Shown in pieces: positions 37,201-49,711 of a stretch of DNA of 64,000 bases. The notes below the pieces were generated by a model. The model saw nothing but the letters and a program-made list of their open reading frames with translations. It ran no database searches and was not told the origin of the DNA. The position numbers and the translations under genes were made by a program. This stretch comes from Tricharina praecox. Taxonomy: Eukaryota. Location: positions 496,001-560,000 of the forward strand of contig NW_026250413.1 of the NCBI RefSeq assembly GCF_024521635.1, given 5' to 3'. Positions within the stretch are counted from its first letter, which is position 1, and the number at the start of each line of letters is the position of its first letter.

Positions 37201-37605
37201 TAGCTTACACCGAGTGATAATCATGAAAACAACATCCAAGCCATGGCAAACGCTCCAACGCCAGCTATGAGGACCATCACCATCACGCCAAGCTGACCTA
37301 GCTTTCAATCGGTAACGGATAGGTACTCACCATCCATGTATCCATGCAAGGAAGCGTGCGTTCTCGGCCGTTTTCCTTTGAGAAGTGGTCTTATACGTTC
37401 CACAGTGGGAATAACTTCGCTCAATCACTATCAGTCTCTAGCTCACCTCCATCATGACCCGCACATCTGTGGGGTAGTATCCAGTGAACGGTTTGCCGGG
37501 TTTTCCGGCAGTTTCTTCGTGCCATGGGGTTAGTGGTCCGAATGCTTGATCTATATATGGATGTGAATGATCGACCAAGCACTACCCTTTCAACACAAGT
37601 CTTCG

Positions 37606-39597
37606 ATGATGATGCACACCCTGCACAGAGCTCTTTCCCCCATAGCCCGGCCGGCTGTTCGTTTGAAGCGTCCATACCTCTTCTTTCATCCCCAGAGTCG
37701 TCATCAAACTGCCCTGGTCTGTCCTAGGCCACTGCTGCGTCCATACCAGGAGGAATGCATTGCCGAGGTGCTGAAAAGCATCAAACTAGGATATCTGCGG
37801 CTGGCGGTTTCCCTCGCTACAGGAGGCGGCAAAACCGTTCTTTCCCTTGCACTCTTCGTATGTAGCGTGGACGCAAACTAACGGTTCAGACAGATCATCT
37901 TCACTCACCTAATCCAGTCGGTGCAGCATCCCACTCATCCTCAGCACGCAACACGCACCTTGATTCTCGCCCACCGTGTCGAGCTTGTCCTCCAGGCCTT
38001 CAAACAAGCTCGTCTCCTATATCCAGGCTTAAGGATCGACATCGAGATGGGGAAAAAAGTGGCCACTGGTACAGCGGATATCACGGTTGCGTCGATTAGA
38101 TCCATCTCCAACTGGAAGAGGCTTCAGAAGTATGATCCGAGCACGTTCAAGCTGATATTGATCGACGAAGCACACCATGCTACTTCCAACAACTACCATT
38201 ACACGCTGCAACACTTTGGTGTGTTGGACACGGAAGGGGGTGTCGAGAGCAGGCCGATTGTTATCGGAGTCAGCGCTACGATGTGTCGTTGCGACGGACA
38301 GGAGCTCCAAACAGTCTTCAATCATGTAGTCTTCCACAAGTGCGCAATATCTGATCCGTGAAGAGTGAGTAACCTATAAGCAGTACCCCGTGGCCTGACG
38401 AAGGTGCGTGTGTAAAGGGACTCGGTTGACTTGATGGAACTCGGCTGGTTGTGTCCGGTCAAGTTCGCCCCGGTTCAAACCACTATCGATCTCACACGGG
38501 GGGATACCGGCGATATGTCGAAGCAAGCGAACGAGCTCATAGTCTGCAACTGGCTCTCCCTCGCCCAGGGTCAACGGAAGTCCACCATCGTTTTCGCCGC
38601 CAGCATCGCTCACGCGGACGGACTCACCGAGATGTTTAAAGCCCACGGCATCGGCGCGCAACTGATCACCAGTAAAACATCGCTCAAGGATCGTAAAGAG
38701 CGCCTAGACGACTTCAAGGAAGGAAAGTACCCGGTGCTTGTCAACAAGGGAATCTTCACCGAGGGCTCGGACATCCCCAATATTGACTGTGTGGTGCTCA
38801 CGCGACTCACCCATAACACCAACCTTCTAGTGCAGATGATAGGTCGCGGCCTGCGCCTGTGGCCAGGAAAGCGGGACTGCCTGGTGATCTATTTTCGTAA
38901 CCCCGATGAAGCGGGCATAGTACCGACACCCGCCTTGTTCGGATTGGGACCCGACCTTAGCGCGGACAGCAAACGCAATACCCCCTTACCGCCGCATACG
39001 AACTGGAAAACCGCTGCATCGAATTCACAGACCATGCATTTCCTCGCAGTGACCCCCGACGACAACGTCGTGATTTCTCCAAATTCCGTCAAGCCCAAAT
39101 GCTTCGACGTCACATCCCGCGGGAATCACTATTCCAGCCCCTCGTATGGCATTGCACGAGGCGTCAAAACTCTTAAAACCGCCATCAGGATCGCCGACGG
39201 CTACGCACGTGCTCGAGCAATGTTTCCAGGCGAAATCGTTGCGGGCGGATATATCTGTGAGCCAGTTGATTTACATCGTCATGGGCTAGTTGACCTACCC
39301 AAGTTCCTCCCGCTCCCAGAAGATCACGCCGATGACTTGCATCATCGTGGGCCAGTCGATCTACCCAAGTGCCTCCCGCTCCCGGACGATTACGTCGATG
39401 GCTTGCATCGTCGTGGTCCAGTTGACCAGCCCAAGTGCCTCCCGCCCCCAGACGATTATGCCGATGACTTGCATCATCGTGGGCCAATTGACCTGCCCAA
39501 GTGCCTCCCGCTCCCGGACGGTTATGTCGAAGAAATCCGAACGGAAAAGGCTGCTGGGGGAAGGGATGAGTTGGATGGCAATCACTTGGAAGAGTAA
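37606..39597 (+). CDS. Irc3-like SF2 DEAH helicase, paralog A
   Basis: LRPYQEECI, SLATGGGKT, LILAHRVEL, DEAHH, SAT, FTEGSDIPNIDCV, QMIGRGLR; introns after GKT and after VFHK; basic N-terminus. Start could be 37567. Confidence 0.85.
39268..39531 (+). repeat. 66-bp (22-aa) coding tandem repeat x4
   Basis: DLHHRGPVDLPKCLPLPDDYAD-type unit four times. Confidence 0.93.
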
Positions 39598-39862
39598 GCT
39601 GTGCAAGTATGAGAGGGAGGAACTTATTCACCTAGCCAATCGAACATAGGTAGGTATGTAACTAGAGAATAACACGAGTGACCACATGTGAATCGAACGT
39701 ATGTAGCTAGAAGTGCCCGGAGTACCAGTAAGCCCACAGGTAACAATGCTCCAACCTTAGAACCACTTTTCACTGCGAAGCTACGTAGAACTCGAGTACT
39801 CCTAAACCTCCATCCTATGCATAGCACACCCGAGTGCCCTCTAGTGAACCTACCATGTGCAA

Positions 39863-41410
39863 TCACATCATGTTGCCCATCCAGAACCCGCTGGCCAAAA
39901 GAATGCCGCAAATCCAGATCGGTGGCCAATGCAAGGGCCTCGGGGGCGGTGATTGCGGGCTTTCGGGGCTGCTGGATGTGTCTGTTACTTCGGATCCTCG
40001 AGTTTGAGGCTGTGGAAGGGCTTGTGGCTCGTCTTTGTTAATACTTGGCAAGGCTTCCACAGGCAGCGGATGTATGACCGGTTTGCCCCCAGCCTGCCTA
40101 CACATATCGATAACAAGGCAATCAGCCTTACTGGGATGCAGGTGGGTGCCTTGCCCCACCATCCGCCCGAGGTGGCTCCCGTTCTTCGTGTGGTAGGCCA
40201 AAACGATACAGTCTACTCTTGGGATGGCGGCGCCTTCGGCGAGGATACGGCAATTGACGAGTACTGGAAACGCTCCGGCTTTGAACGCATTCAATATGGC
40301 CGTACGGTCCGGCCATGTCGTGTAAGTGGTAACAAGCCTAGCATCGATGCCGGAATTCCTGAATTTTTTCATGATGTCCTCAGCTTGGGAGGTATCGGCG
40401 CAGAAGACAATGGTGGACTTTCGATCCTGAGCTAGTTGCAACCATTTGTGCACTGTCTTTACGTTCCGTTTATCATCGCTGAGGCGTGAGACATCAGTGC
40501 CGTTCGATACGATCTTGTGGGGGCATAGCCAGCCAAGTGTGAGCAAGTCAGCGTACGATCTGCGCCTTCGTTAGCTCTCCATTCTCCTATCAATATTGGT
40601 TCCTTCACTACCCACCTGCGATAAACAATGCGATCAAACACCTTTCCAAGCGACTGTTCATCTGGACGTTCAATTGTAGCGGTAAGACCCAATACCACTG
40701 GCTTCTGCCGTGGATCTCCGTTGCCCATATTCAACACGCCAAAGTAGTCCAATACGGTCTGATACTGCGAGTTGACGGCATTGTGGGCCTCATCGATTAT
40801 CACCAGTTTGTATTTTTGGGCATCAAACTTTCCCAGTCTTGCTTCGTTCGAGATTGAAGCTATCGATGCAATCGTGATATCCGCTTCGCCCGTGGCGCAG
40901 CATTTCCCCATTTCGACGTCGATCTTCATGGAAGGATGGGCACGGTGGCACTGTTCGTATGCTTGCCGTACACGGCTATGGCGATGCGTAAGAATCAATG
41001 TTCGTGTTGCATGCTGAGGCCGCGAAGGATGCTCCATCCGCGAAATAACGTGCGTGAAGATGACCTGCTGTTGTTAGCAACCGTAGCCATGATTTCGGTA
41101 AGGGAAAGACCGTTTTCCCGCTGCCGGTTGGAAGGCAAACGACCATCCGCCTACACTCTTCGTAGATGTTTGCCAGAACCGTGTCGATGCATTCCCCCTG
41201 GTACGGGCGTAATTCTACCGGCGGAGGGCTGCGGACTGGTTTTTGTGGCTGTTGATTCACAGCACGACTAGCCGATAGGCACCGACCATGATTGGACAGT
41301 AGATATAGACAACGGCTAGCCAGTAGATACCGACCGCGACAGACTGGTGAGTATATAGCGTGACTGGCCGGTGGGGTGGCCGCGGAGGTCAGGAAACGCC
41401 GCATATGCAT
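39863..41410 (-). CDS. Irc3-like SF2 DEAH helicase, paralog B (degenerate motif VI)
   Basis: LRPYQGECI, LPTGSGKT, DEAHN, TAT, LAEGAAIPRVDCI, RMVGQGTH; same two intron positions as paralog A. Confidence 0.82.
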
Positions 41411-43030
41411 GGCAGTGGCTGTTTTGATCAGTCCTACCCATCCGAGAGCATGAGGTGATCTTGTACTCTACTCAAGAGGACCAGAAGCTTCCTCCCACAT
41501 CCATTGTTCAGATGTCGAACAAAGGACCCCGCGCGGGTCCCATGGATTGTACATATCCGAGTGCTGATTTGTGATGCAGTCGGGGAGCCAGGGGCCGGAC
41601 CGCATAGCGCTAACCGCCAGTAGCATGCATAATGCTGCTGGTAGCAGCGGCACCCATAGGTCTGGAATCAGGTGCGGACCACGCCGCTATACTGCACTCT
41701 ATGTTGGCTACCCGGACCGGCATGTACTGGTAGATACGTTGGTTGGCTCGTCCGACAGGTGTCTCGTCTAGGCAATGCGTCGTCAAAGAGCTTGGCCAGA
41801 CGTATGCGTTCTTTCAGCTCGTCATACGCGGGCCTGTCAATACTTCAGAATGCGTCTCAAGATAGTGAAGTGACAAATTTAGACGGTACCTACCTCATAC
41901 AGTAGTACTCAATGAGGGTTCGGAGCAACTGGCCTAAAGCCATTCCTCCAAATCGCTCGCGAGAAATTCCATCCTCTAGTGCGTATCTCCAAACATTTCC
42001 ATCGTGTTGTTTAGGGTATTGGGCTGCTTGAATCGGTACCTTAGGAGTATATATCTCTGTAGCATGTGGCTCTCACGGTGCCTTGGCTGCTGCCTCCCGG
42101 GCCGAACCGCGTATAGGTACGCACCAAGCCCACGATCGAGTGAGAGTCGCGGAAAAAATCCTAAAATATATGCACTATAGCAGTTATATTGAATTCGGCT
42201 CTTTGCATTGTATGTGCCAATACACAAACGAACAATAAACAGGCCATGACAAAATCAACCTGGCAGTTGTGGAAGGAGGAACTGGAAATCGAATGCGTGG
42301 ATTTCTGATGAAAGAAACTGCAGTACGGTGGCCACCGAACGGAGGTAGGTACGCGATCGACATATAGTGTATAAAACTTAGGCAGCAATTCCGCTCCATA
42401 GCCAACCATATCGCGCGATCCTAGAAGCGGCCAGCCATCGTAACAGCGCCGGCCGCGGACCTTGGGGACACAGTATGCAAATAGTTGGCCTCCGCATGTC
42501 CCTATTCTCGCAAGTCGGAGCCGATTCAACGAAAAGACGGAAGTCGTCCGCTCTAGGCATCATCCGGTGATTCGGATCATCTGGAATGGCGAAATTCCAT
42601 TCTGTGACGGAGTGTGCAGGTGCCGTGGTCCATGGCGGTGAGTCGTCCTGCCATCACTTTGTTGCCGCCGAAGGGAAACTGGCGCTAAACTGCATTGAGC
42701 TGCTGCAAACAACCAGCAACATGCTCACGGCGACAACACATCAAACCATAGCTCCCCCATCTCCTCCATCGCTCTTCCCTCAACAATCAACCTTCCCGCC
42801 TCTACATCACATCTAATCCCCCCGCCATCCCCACATTCACACATCCCCCCACTATCCACACGCTCTGACATTGCATCGCATTCTCTATTCTCTGCTTTGC
42901 ATCCCCGACCGATTGCCGCCCGCCCGCTTACACCGTAAGTCATCCGCTGCAAATCTCGTTTACATCATCTCCCGAGAACTGCCACTGAAAATTCTTCCCG
43001 CAGCCGTGCAATCTCTACGCAGCAACGAGA

Positions 43031-46000
43031 ATGGCAGACCCCGGGTTAGAGGGTCTCTTCGCGAACCTCCGGAGGCAGGCCACCCAGAGTCCGCACCAAA
43101 TGCAGCAATCTCCGCAGCCGCAACAGCAGCCGCCGCCGCAGCAACAGCAAACCTCGTACACTTCCCAGACTCTTCCCATGGAATCGGTCCAGCAATCGCC
43201 TTTCCATCCGTTCCCTTACCCACAACACCAACAATATCATTCAGAGTCTCCTTCATACGCCCCTCCGATGCCACAGCCTCACTCTTCCACACCGGGGTTC
43301 CCTTCGAGCAACGAGAACGGCTTTCCTGGTTATTACCAGCCACCGCCCCAGCAGGCCCAGCAGGGTATTCCGTCGAATCATTCTCCTGCAATTCCAGCCT
43401 CGTCTCAGCAGCCGTACAATATGCCCATGTCTCCCTCGGCGGGCGGCGCCGGTGACAACAGGAATAGTCTCTTGTCGCTTCTGAAATTCTCCCAAGCAGT
43501 CCCGCCATCCGACTCTCCTACGTCTGAACACGCGCCTTCTCCACAGGGACAGAGAGGGCCAACTCCTCCCCGCCCTGCTGTCAATTCGCCACCTCCGGTC
43601 TCGCAGCCGCCGTTGCCTCATAATAGATCGATTTCAGCTTCGGACCTCGTCGCGTCGCTGTTCAACAACGCGAGTAGAGAGAACATAGCCTCGTCGGCGA
43701 GCTCGAGCCCTGTACATCAACGCGCGCCTACCCATCTATTGCAGCAGCGCAGCGCGACGGCGGAATCTGTTCCTCACAACAAGTCTCCAGTCAACCCACA
43801 GGACTTGGTTTTCCAGCTTCTAGGGCGCACGAAACCGGCGCAGGAAGAGTTGGGTCCTCCTCCGGCGACCCCAAGTCAAGAGGCAGCGTCAAACGCAGAG
43901 CAGAGTCGCGGGGAGCAGCCTTTGCTGAGGTCATCCTCGAGCGTGTCTTCGATGCCGCCGCCGCCGCCGAATTACACTTCAGCAGGTCCATCTCACGGCT
44001 TACCATCTCTTCCCGCTGAAGGTCCTCCGCCTAGCCATACTCCTAGCAAGGGTCTATTCACCTACGTCAATCCTTTCGAGCAACTCTCGGCTACCAGTCC
44101 ACGGAATAAGACTCCTAAGAGCGCAACGCCAGGTCCGCTGGCTACCAGGAAGAGCACGTTGGGAACCAGTGAGATGAGAGCCGAAGATTTCCCCTTGCCG
44201 GGATCGACTTCAGTTTCCCCTCCTCCCCCTGCTCCGGTTGAGGCTGAGGCTGCCATGGACGCTTCTACTCTGGACCAGGTGAAAGAGCGCGAGCAACAGC
44301 TGATGGAGCAACTTGGTCAACACGCAGAAGAGTACGTTCCTTCGCAGCAGTCACCAGAGGAGACTCGTGTCGAAGACGGACCTCAGTCTGAGCCGTCCCA
44401 GCAATACGAGGGTAGTGTCAAGGATGCTGTAGTCGAGGTTGAGCAGCGAAAGAACGACTCTCCATCCGTCCTTCCCGAGGTACAGATGCAAGTGCAGGAG
44501 CACGTTGACGGAGAAGAGGATGGATACGAGTCTGCTCCGGAAACCCAAACCATCGAAGTTTACAACTTCCCGATGAAGCCCTTTTCATCCATCACTATTA
44601 TCCCCACCGCCATTAAGAGGCCCAAGTATCCGTCATCCAAGATTTCCGATGTTGCCAGGATGGCTCGAACCTTCGATCAACTTGACAGGAATCTAATCGC
44701 CGCTTCTCACCAATATATCGCCTATGCTCTCAGCAAGAGCAATGGACGCGGTGGAATCAGAATCCTCAGGCAATACGATGGACTTGACAGGGTTCTCATG
44801 AAGGATAGCACCGACCGAACCTTCAATGTTACGGTTGGAAAGAGTGAGAAAGTGCTGGGTACGGGTGTTTCGGGCGCCGTAGTCTGGGTCGACCTGCAGG
44901 CAGATTTCGATGGCGATAATTGGGACAGCATGTTCGTGTTTCCACCGAGCGAAGAGCAAGGACAGAGCAATGGCGTGCTGAAGTCACGTGCTCGAAAGAC
45001 TTCGCGGCACCACGATGCGTTTGCTATCGGACGTGGCAAAACCATCAGCATCATTCACGCTCCCACAGCCAGGGCGTATGCCGAGGGTCGCAAGGGCAAC
45101 GTTGTGGCGTCGAAGAAGTATCTCGCAGATCACACCCGCACCATTGACACTGGGAAGGCCTCCAAAGATTTCGCATTCTCCGACGACGACTCGGTCATCA
45201 TTTCCATCGATAAGGCCGGAAAATTGAAGCTCTGGGACGTGTTGGATCTGCTCAATTTTACCGAGAGCGATGCCTACGACATTGCCCAAACTCCTGAACC
45301 TCCGATGGTTCTGTCTACTCCCAATCTTGTGTTCTCTGCAGTTGCCGCCGGTGAATCTTACCGAGCAACTTCAGTTATGTTTCTTGACAAGTTCCGACCG
45401 TACTTGAAGTGTTTGGCCCTGAGATACGTCATTGTCGGAATGAAGCAGAACCACACTTTCCAGCTATGGGATCTTGCTTTGGGACGACCGGTACAGGAGA
45501 TCAACTTCCCTCAGGAGAGCGACACGGATGCACTCTGCTCCGTTGCATACCATCCACTCTCGGGAATCATCGTTGTAGGCAACCCGACGAGAAACTCGAT
45601 CTATTTCATCCACCTCTCGGCACCGAAGTACAACCTTCCTCCTATGTCGCAGGCTCAGTACATCAGGGGTCTTGCTGACAAATCGTCCGTAATCCCGAAA
45701 CCCGATGCAACTGCGATTCTTAGCGGGCTACGCGAATATTCATTCGCTTCCAAGGGTCAACTGATGAGCCTCGATATTCTGGACTGTGAAAGCGACCCAC
45801 AGGATGACAATCCAGTTCTCTTCGAACTCTACGTCGCTCACAGCAAGGGAATGACGACTCTGAGCGTTTACAAGGAAGATCTGGGTTGGGACACAGACAG
45901 CAGGGTCAAGAACTCGGTCGACGCGATTGCAAAAGGCGTCTGCGCCATGACCAGCCTGCCACCGCCCCCTCTGCCTGAGCGAGACGACAAGAGCGAGAGC

Positions 46001-47645
46001 ACCGAAGCTTCTGGCCAAGGCCTTAAGCCCAAGTCTAGCAGAACGAAGTCGCGAAGTGTCAGCCCAGCAGCAAGAGCTCCGGAAAAACTTGACGTAGAGG
46101 ACAAAGCCGCTGCCGCCAGCAGCGCTGGAAAGAAGAAAAAGAAGGACAAGGCAAGCGCAAGCGCGTCCGCGGCAACCACGTCTGGTACTGACGAGCCTCA
46201 GGCGGAGAAGGCAGCGAGCGCTAAGGCTAAGGCACCCGGTGCTACTGCCCCCGCTCCTCAGAGCGTCGAACAGGAGCTTGGTGTTTCTTCCGGGTTCCTC
46301 GATCGTGAGGTCAAGCGAATCGAACAGACAGTCTCTGCCGAGTTCACGAGGGTGATCAACAACGAATTAGAACAGCTCTGTAAGTATCTAGTGCGGGATA
46401 AGGATTATTCATGGCTAATATATGGAGTAGATCGCCGATTTGATGACGACAAGAGGATCCAGCAAGCTGCCGGCGACGCCAAGCAGGATGCCATCTTGCG
46501 TCTTCTGTCCAGCACTCTGACGGACAACGTCGACCAAGTCATCTCTCGCATTGTCATGAATAACATCCAGACACAAGTTGTGCCGGCGATTGCAGACGTC
46601 ACTGCCACCTCGATCAACCGCGTCTTGGGAGAGACTTTGACCAGATCCTTGGCTGTCTCACTGCCGCAGGAGCTTCGCGCGATTGTTCCGAATGCTGTGA
46701 ATCAGTCCTTGGCTCAGCCCGACTTGCTGAACAGGGTTACCGAAAACCTTTCACGTCCCCTGACTCAAGTGGTTGAGCGCGAACTCACCCACTGCATCCA
46801 TAACACAATGGTTCCCGCCTTTCAGAAGTTGGCCATCGAAACTGCCCAAAAGGCTGTTACTGAGGCCGAGAGGAAGCACAATGAAACCATTACCGCGCTG
46901 GAACAAATGCACAGGAACGACTCCAGGAAGATTGATCAACTCATGGCGACCGTTCAGCAAATGGCCGAGACCATGAACAACATGGCCAAGAACCAGGCTG
47001 AATTCCAAGAGCAGGTCCGGCAAGCCCAGGTGGAGTACTATGAACACGGTGGGCAAGCCATTGAGCCGGAGAAATCTGCTGAGCAGCTCGAGGCTGAAGA
47101 AATTGAGGATCTTCTGAGGAGTGGGAAGTACGAGGATGGAACCATAAAGGTACTTTGAAGCTCTAGTCGGGTTGCTGTAGTTATGATGCTAATCATGTTT
47201 CCACAGTGGTTGCAATCTAAGGAACGTCAAGCCGAGCTTTTCGACGAGGTTATGGTCCGCTACAGATACGACTTCCTCCCTAACCTCAGCCAGCTGGTTC
47301 TGCTCTCTGTTTCTGCCGCGGTCAGCGTCAAATTCGAGCACAAAGTGATGGAGCGTTTGAGCTGGCTTGAAGGCGTTCTGGCAGTCCTCGATCCCATGGT
47401 AAGTCGGAATGCAGACAGCTTCCCAGACGAACTCCCGCTAATCGCAGATTTAGGATCCTGAGATTCATGAGATTTGCAACAGAATCATGGTTGTCGTCGT
47501 TCAGAGACTGGAACAACTATACATGAGCACTGCTGAGACCTCTGAGCATCAGAACCAGCAAATCAGTCATCCTATTCTCAAGAAGATTCCGGCAATCGCC
47601 CGTCGCGCCCGGGAGCTCAGCGCAATGGCTCATCACCCGCGTTGA
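43031..47645 (+). CDS. EDC4/Pdc1-like mRNA-decapping scaffold (low-complexity N-terminus, WD40 propeller, coiled coil)
   Basis: GLFTYVNPFEQL, FPMKPFSSI, FDQLDRNLIAAS, DKAGKLKLWD, QLWDLALG; introns 46380-46430, ~47150-47206 and ~47399-47453; stop at 47643-47645. Confidence 0.8.
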
Positions 47646-48968
47646 TGGTGCGTCTTGCAACGCAGGGATTCCGACAATGAAATACGTAACTACTGCTGCA
47701 TTGTCGACTGCAGTTGCAAGGACACTGACGACCTGTCCGAATAAATTTGTGTACTGTTGGGTTCCCATATATCAGCCTTTTTCAGAAGAGGGATATATAG
47801 GGGGTCTCTGTACGCTTATTTTGTTATCCATCCAACCTTCTTGTTACGAGTCTCCTTGTTTTTGTTCGATTATTGTCTCATTTTCTTTTCTGGGTTTCTT
47901 CTTACTGGGTCTCTTCGTACTGGGTCGCTTTGTTGGATCTAACTACAACACGATCCAACAGAAATAAGGACACTCCAGGGTCACCGGCCATACCGCGTGT
48001 CCTCATTTTTGTTGAATCGTCTAGTACCGGGTTTGTTTTTGCCATTTGTATTCTTCTTTGCTATTTGTATTCTTGTTTGCTTTGGGGTTTGTTTTCCTCA
48101 TGGGTCTCCTGTAGTGATATTATGTTGTGGCCTAAGCGGTACGCTGGATTGGAGGATTAGGGGATTTGGGGGGATTGTGGTTAATGATAAAAGTTGCGTT
48201 CGTCTCTTTCCGTTGAGCCTTCATACGTCCAGCATTGCAATTATTTCTCACGGATCGTGACTCGATTGTGTGGAGAATGAGCATAGTAAGATGTGCTCAT
48301 TCGGCTTAATAAGCGATATCTATAATAAATATAAAACAAATGAATCCATGCGTCCACATGGAAGTAGATAAGGAGACTTTTAGATGTCGTCTATGAAATG
48401 TAGCGGCCGAGCAAAGCCAGATGCAATCTCCCTCTTCACGGTGCCTAGTGACCTCCCAAAACCCAAATTGCTCCATACGATGCATCTGGGGATGTTGAAG
48501 TAGCTCTTAGGATAGCTTTCAAGCTTCCTCGAGCAGCATAAGCATCAGGAAAAAACGTGGCACCCAGACGCAGGAACGGTGAGCCACTCCACGAAGCCCC
48601 CGAGACGGAGGCTATTTCTTACGGTTTACCACCGCCATTCAGCTCAACGACAACCAGGCTCCAGCCACTCCTAACCAAACACACGAATAGCAACGGTTGG
48701 AATAGTTGATGCTCTCCGTAAATAGCGCCATCAACGGCCGCTGTGGGTAATATACTTCGGTACGTCTAGTTGAGGGTTTGGTTCTTTGAAGCTTCACGGA
48801 CGAACAAGACCACTCGGCAGAATTCAACGACGCTCAGATTTCAACTAGCCGTTGTTTTGAAGAAAAAAGCCAGAAAACCCCCAAGAACTCCGTCCCATTC
48901 CCCTAATTGCCCTTAAACATCAGCTCCTTCCCATCCCATCTTTTGTACCCTGGGATGGAACCGACCTT

Positions 48969-49334
48969 CTAATGCTGTCGGGAAGCGGACCAGACGTTCT
49001 TGAGCAGACCGTCACGCTGAGCGAGGCGGTTCAGCGAGTCGTCGCTCTCACCCATGGAGCGGACGAAACCACAGAGAGCGTAGTTGACGCTCTCGCCAGT
49101 GTAGCGACCGGTCTCGTCGACCTTGCCGACCGAGATCTGGACGGACGCGTGATCCTTGGCCTTGATGATGCGGTTGGTGGCGCTGCACTTGCGCGGCACG
49201 TAGCTATTGAAATTCGAGAACCGTCAGCTTCGTGAAGTTGGGCTAAGCTAGATAGCTAGAGTTGCGTGTGTGTGGTGGGTGGGGTTTGCGGGGACTCCGT
49301 ACAGGTCGACGATCTCTCCCTTCTCGTTCTCCAT
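48969..49334 (-). CDS. RPS21: 40S ribosomal protein eS21
   Basis: [34 protein letters not shown]; intron 49204-49302. Confidence 0.97.
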
Positions 49335-49711
49335 TGTAGCGGTTGTTTGGGTGGTTTTGGGGGGTGGAGGAGTTGAAGCTGCGTGGTCCGGAGGGTCAGT
49401 ATTTCTGGCTGGCCGTAGGTGTGGTTGATACGTACGAGGGTTTAATCGTGGAGCGTTTTCGTGGACTTGACGATTGGCCTAGAATTTGCGTTGCACTTGT
49501 TTGCAAGGGAGAAATCAGTGGTGTGGGGAACAGCCGTGACTGTTGTGCGATTGCTGGATCAGATGCGATTAGATTAGAAGCTTCGATCTAATCGGTGTTA
49601 CAGGGGTCTAATTTACCTAAGCCTCATACGGATTATCATTGATCCGGAGCTTGGTTTTTACAACACCTTCAAAACTACGCGTGTAGCTACGACTTCCTCC
49701 CCAACTTCACC

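Noticed and set aside
48274-48303. Hairpin gaatgagca..tgctcattc
   Set aside because: Only a 9-bp stem in a convergent 3' region; compatible with chance.
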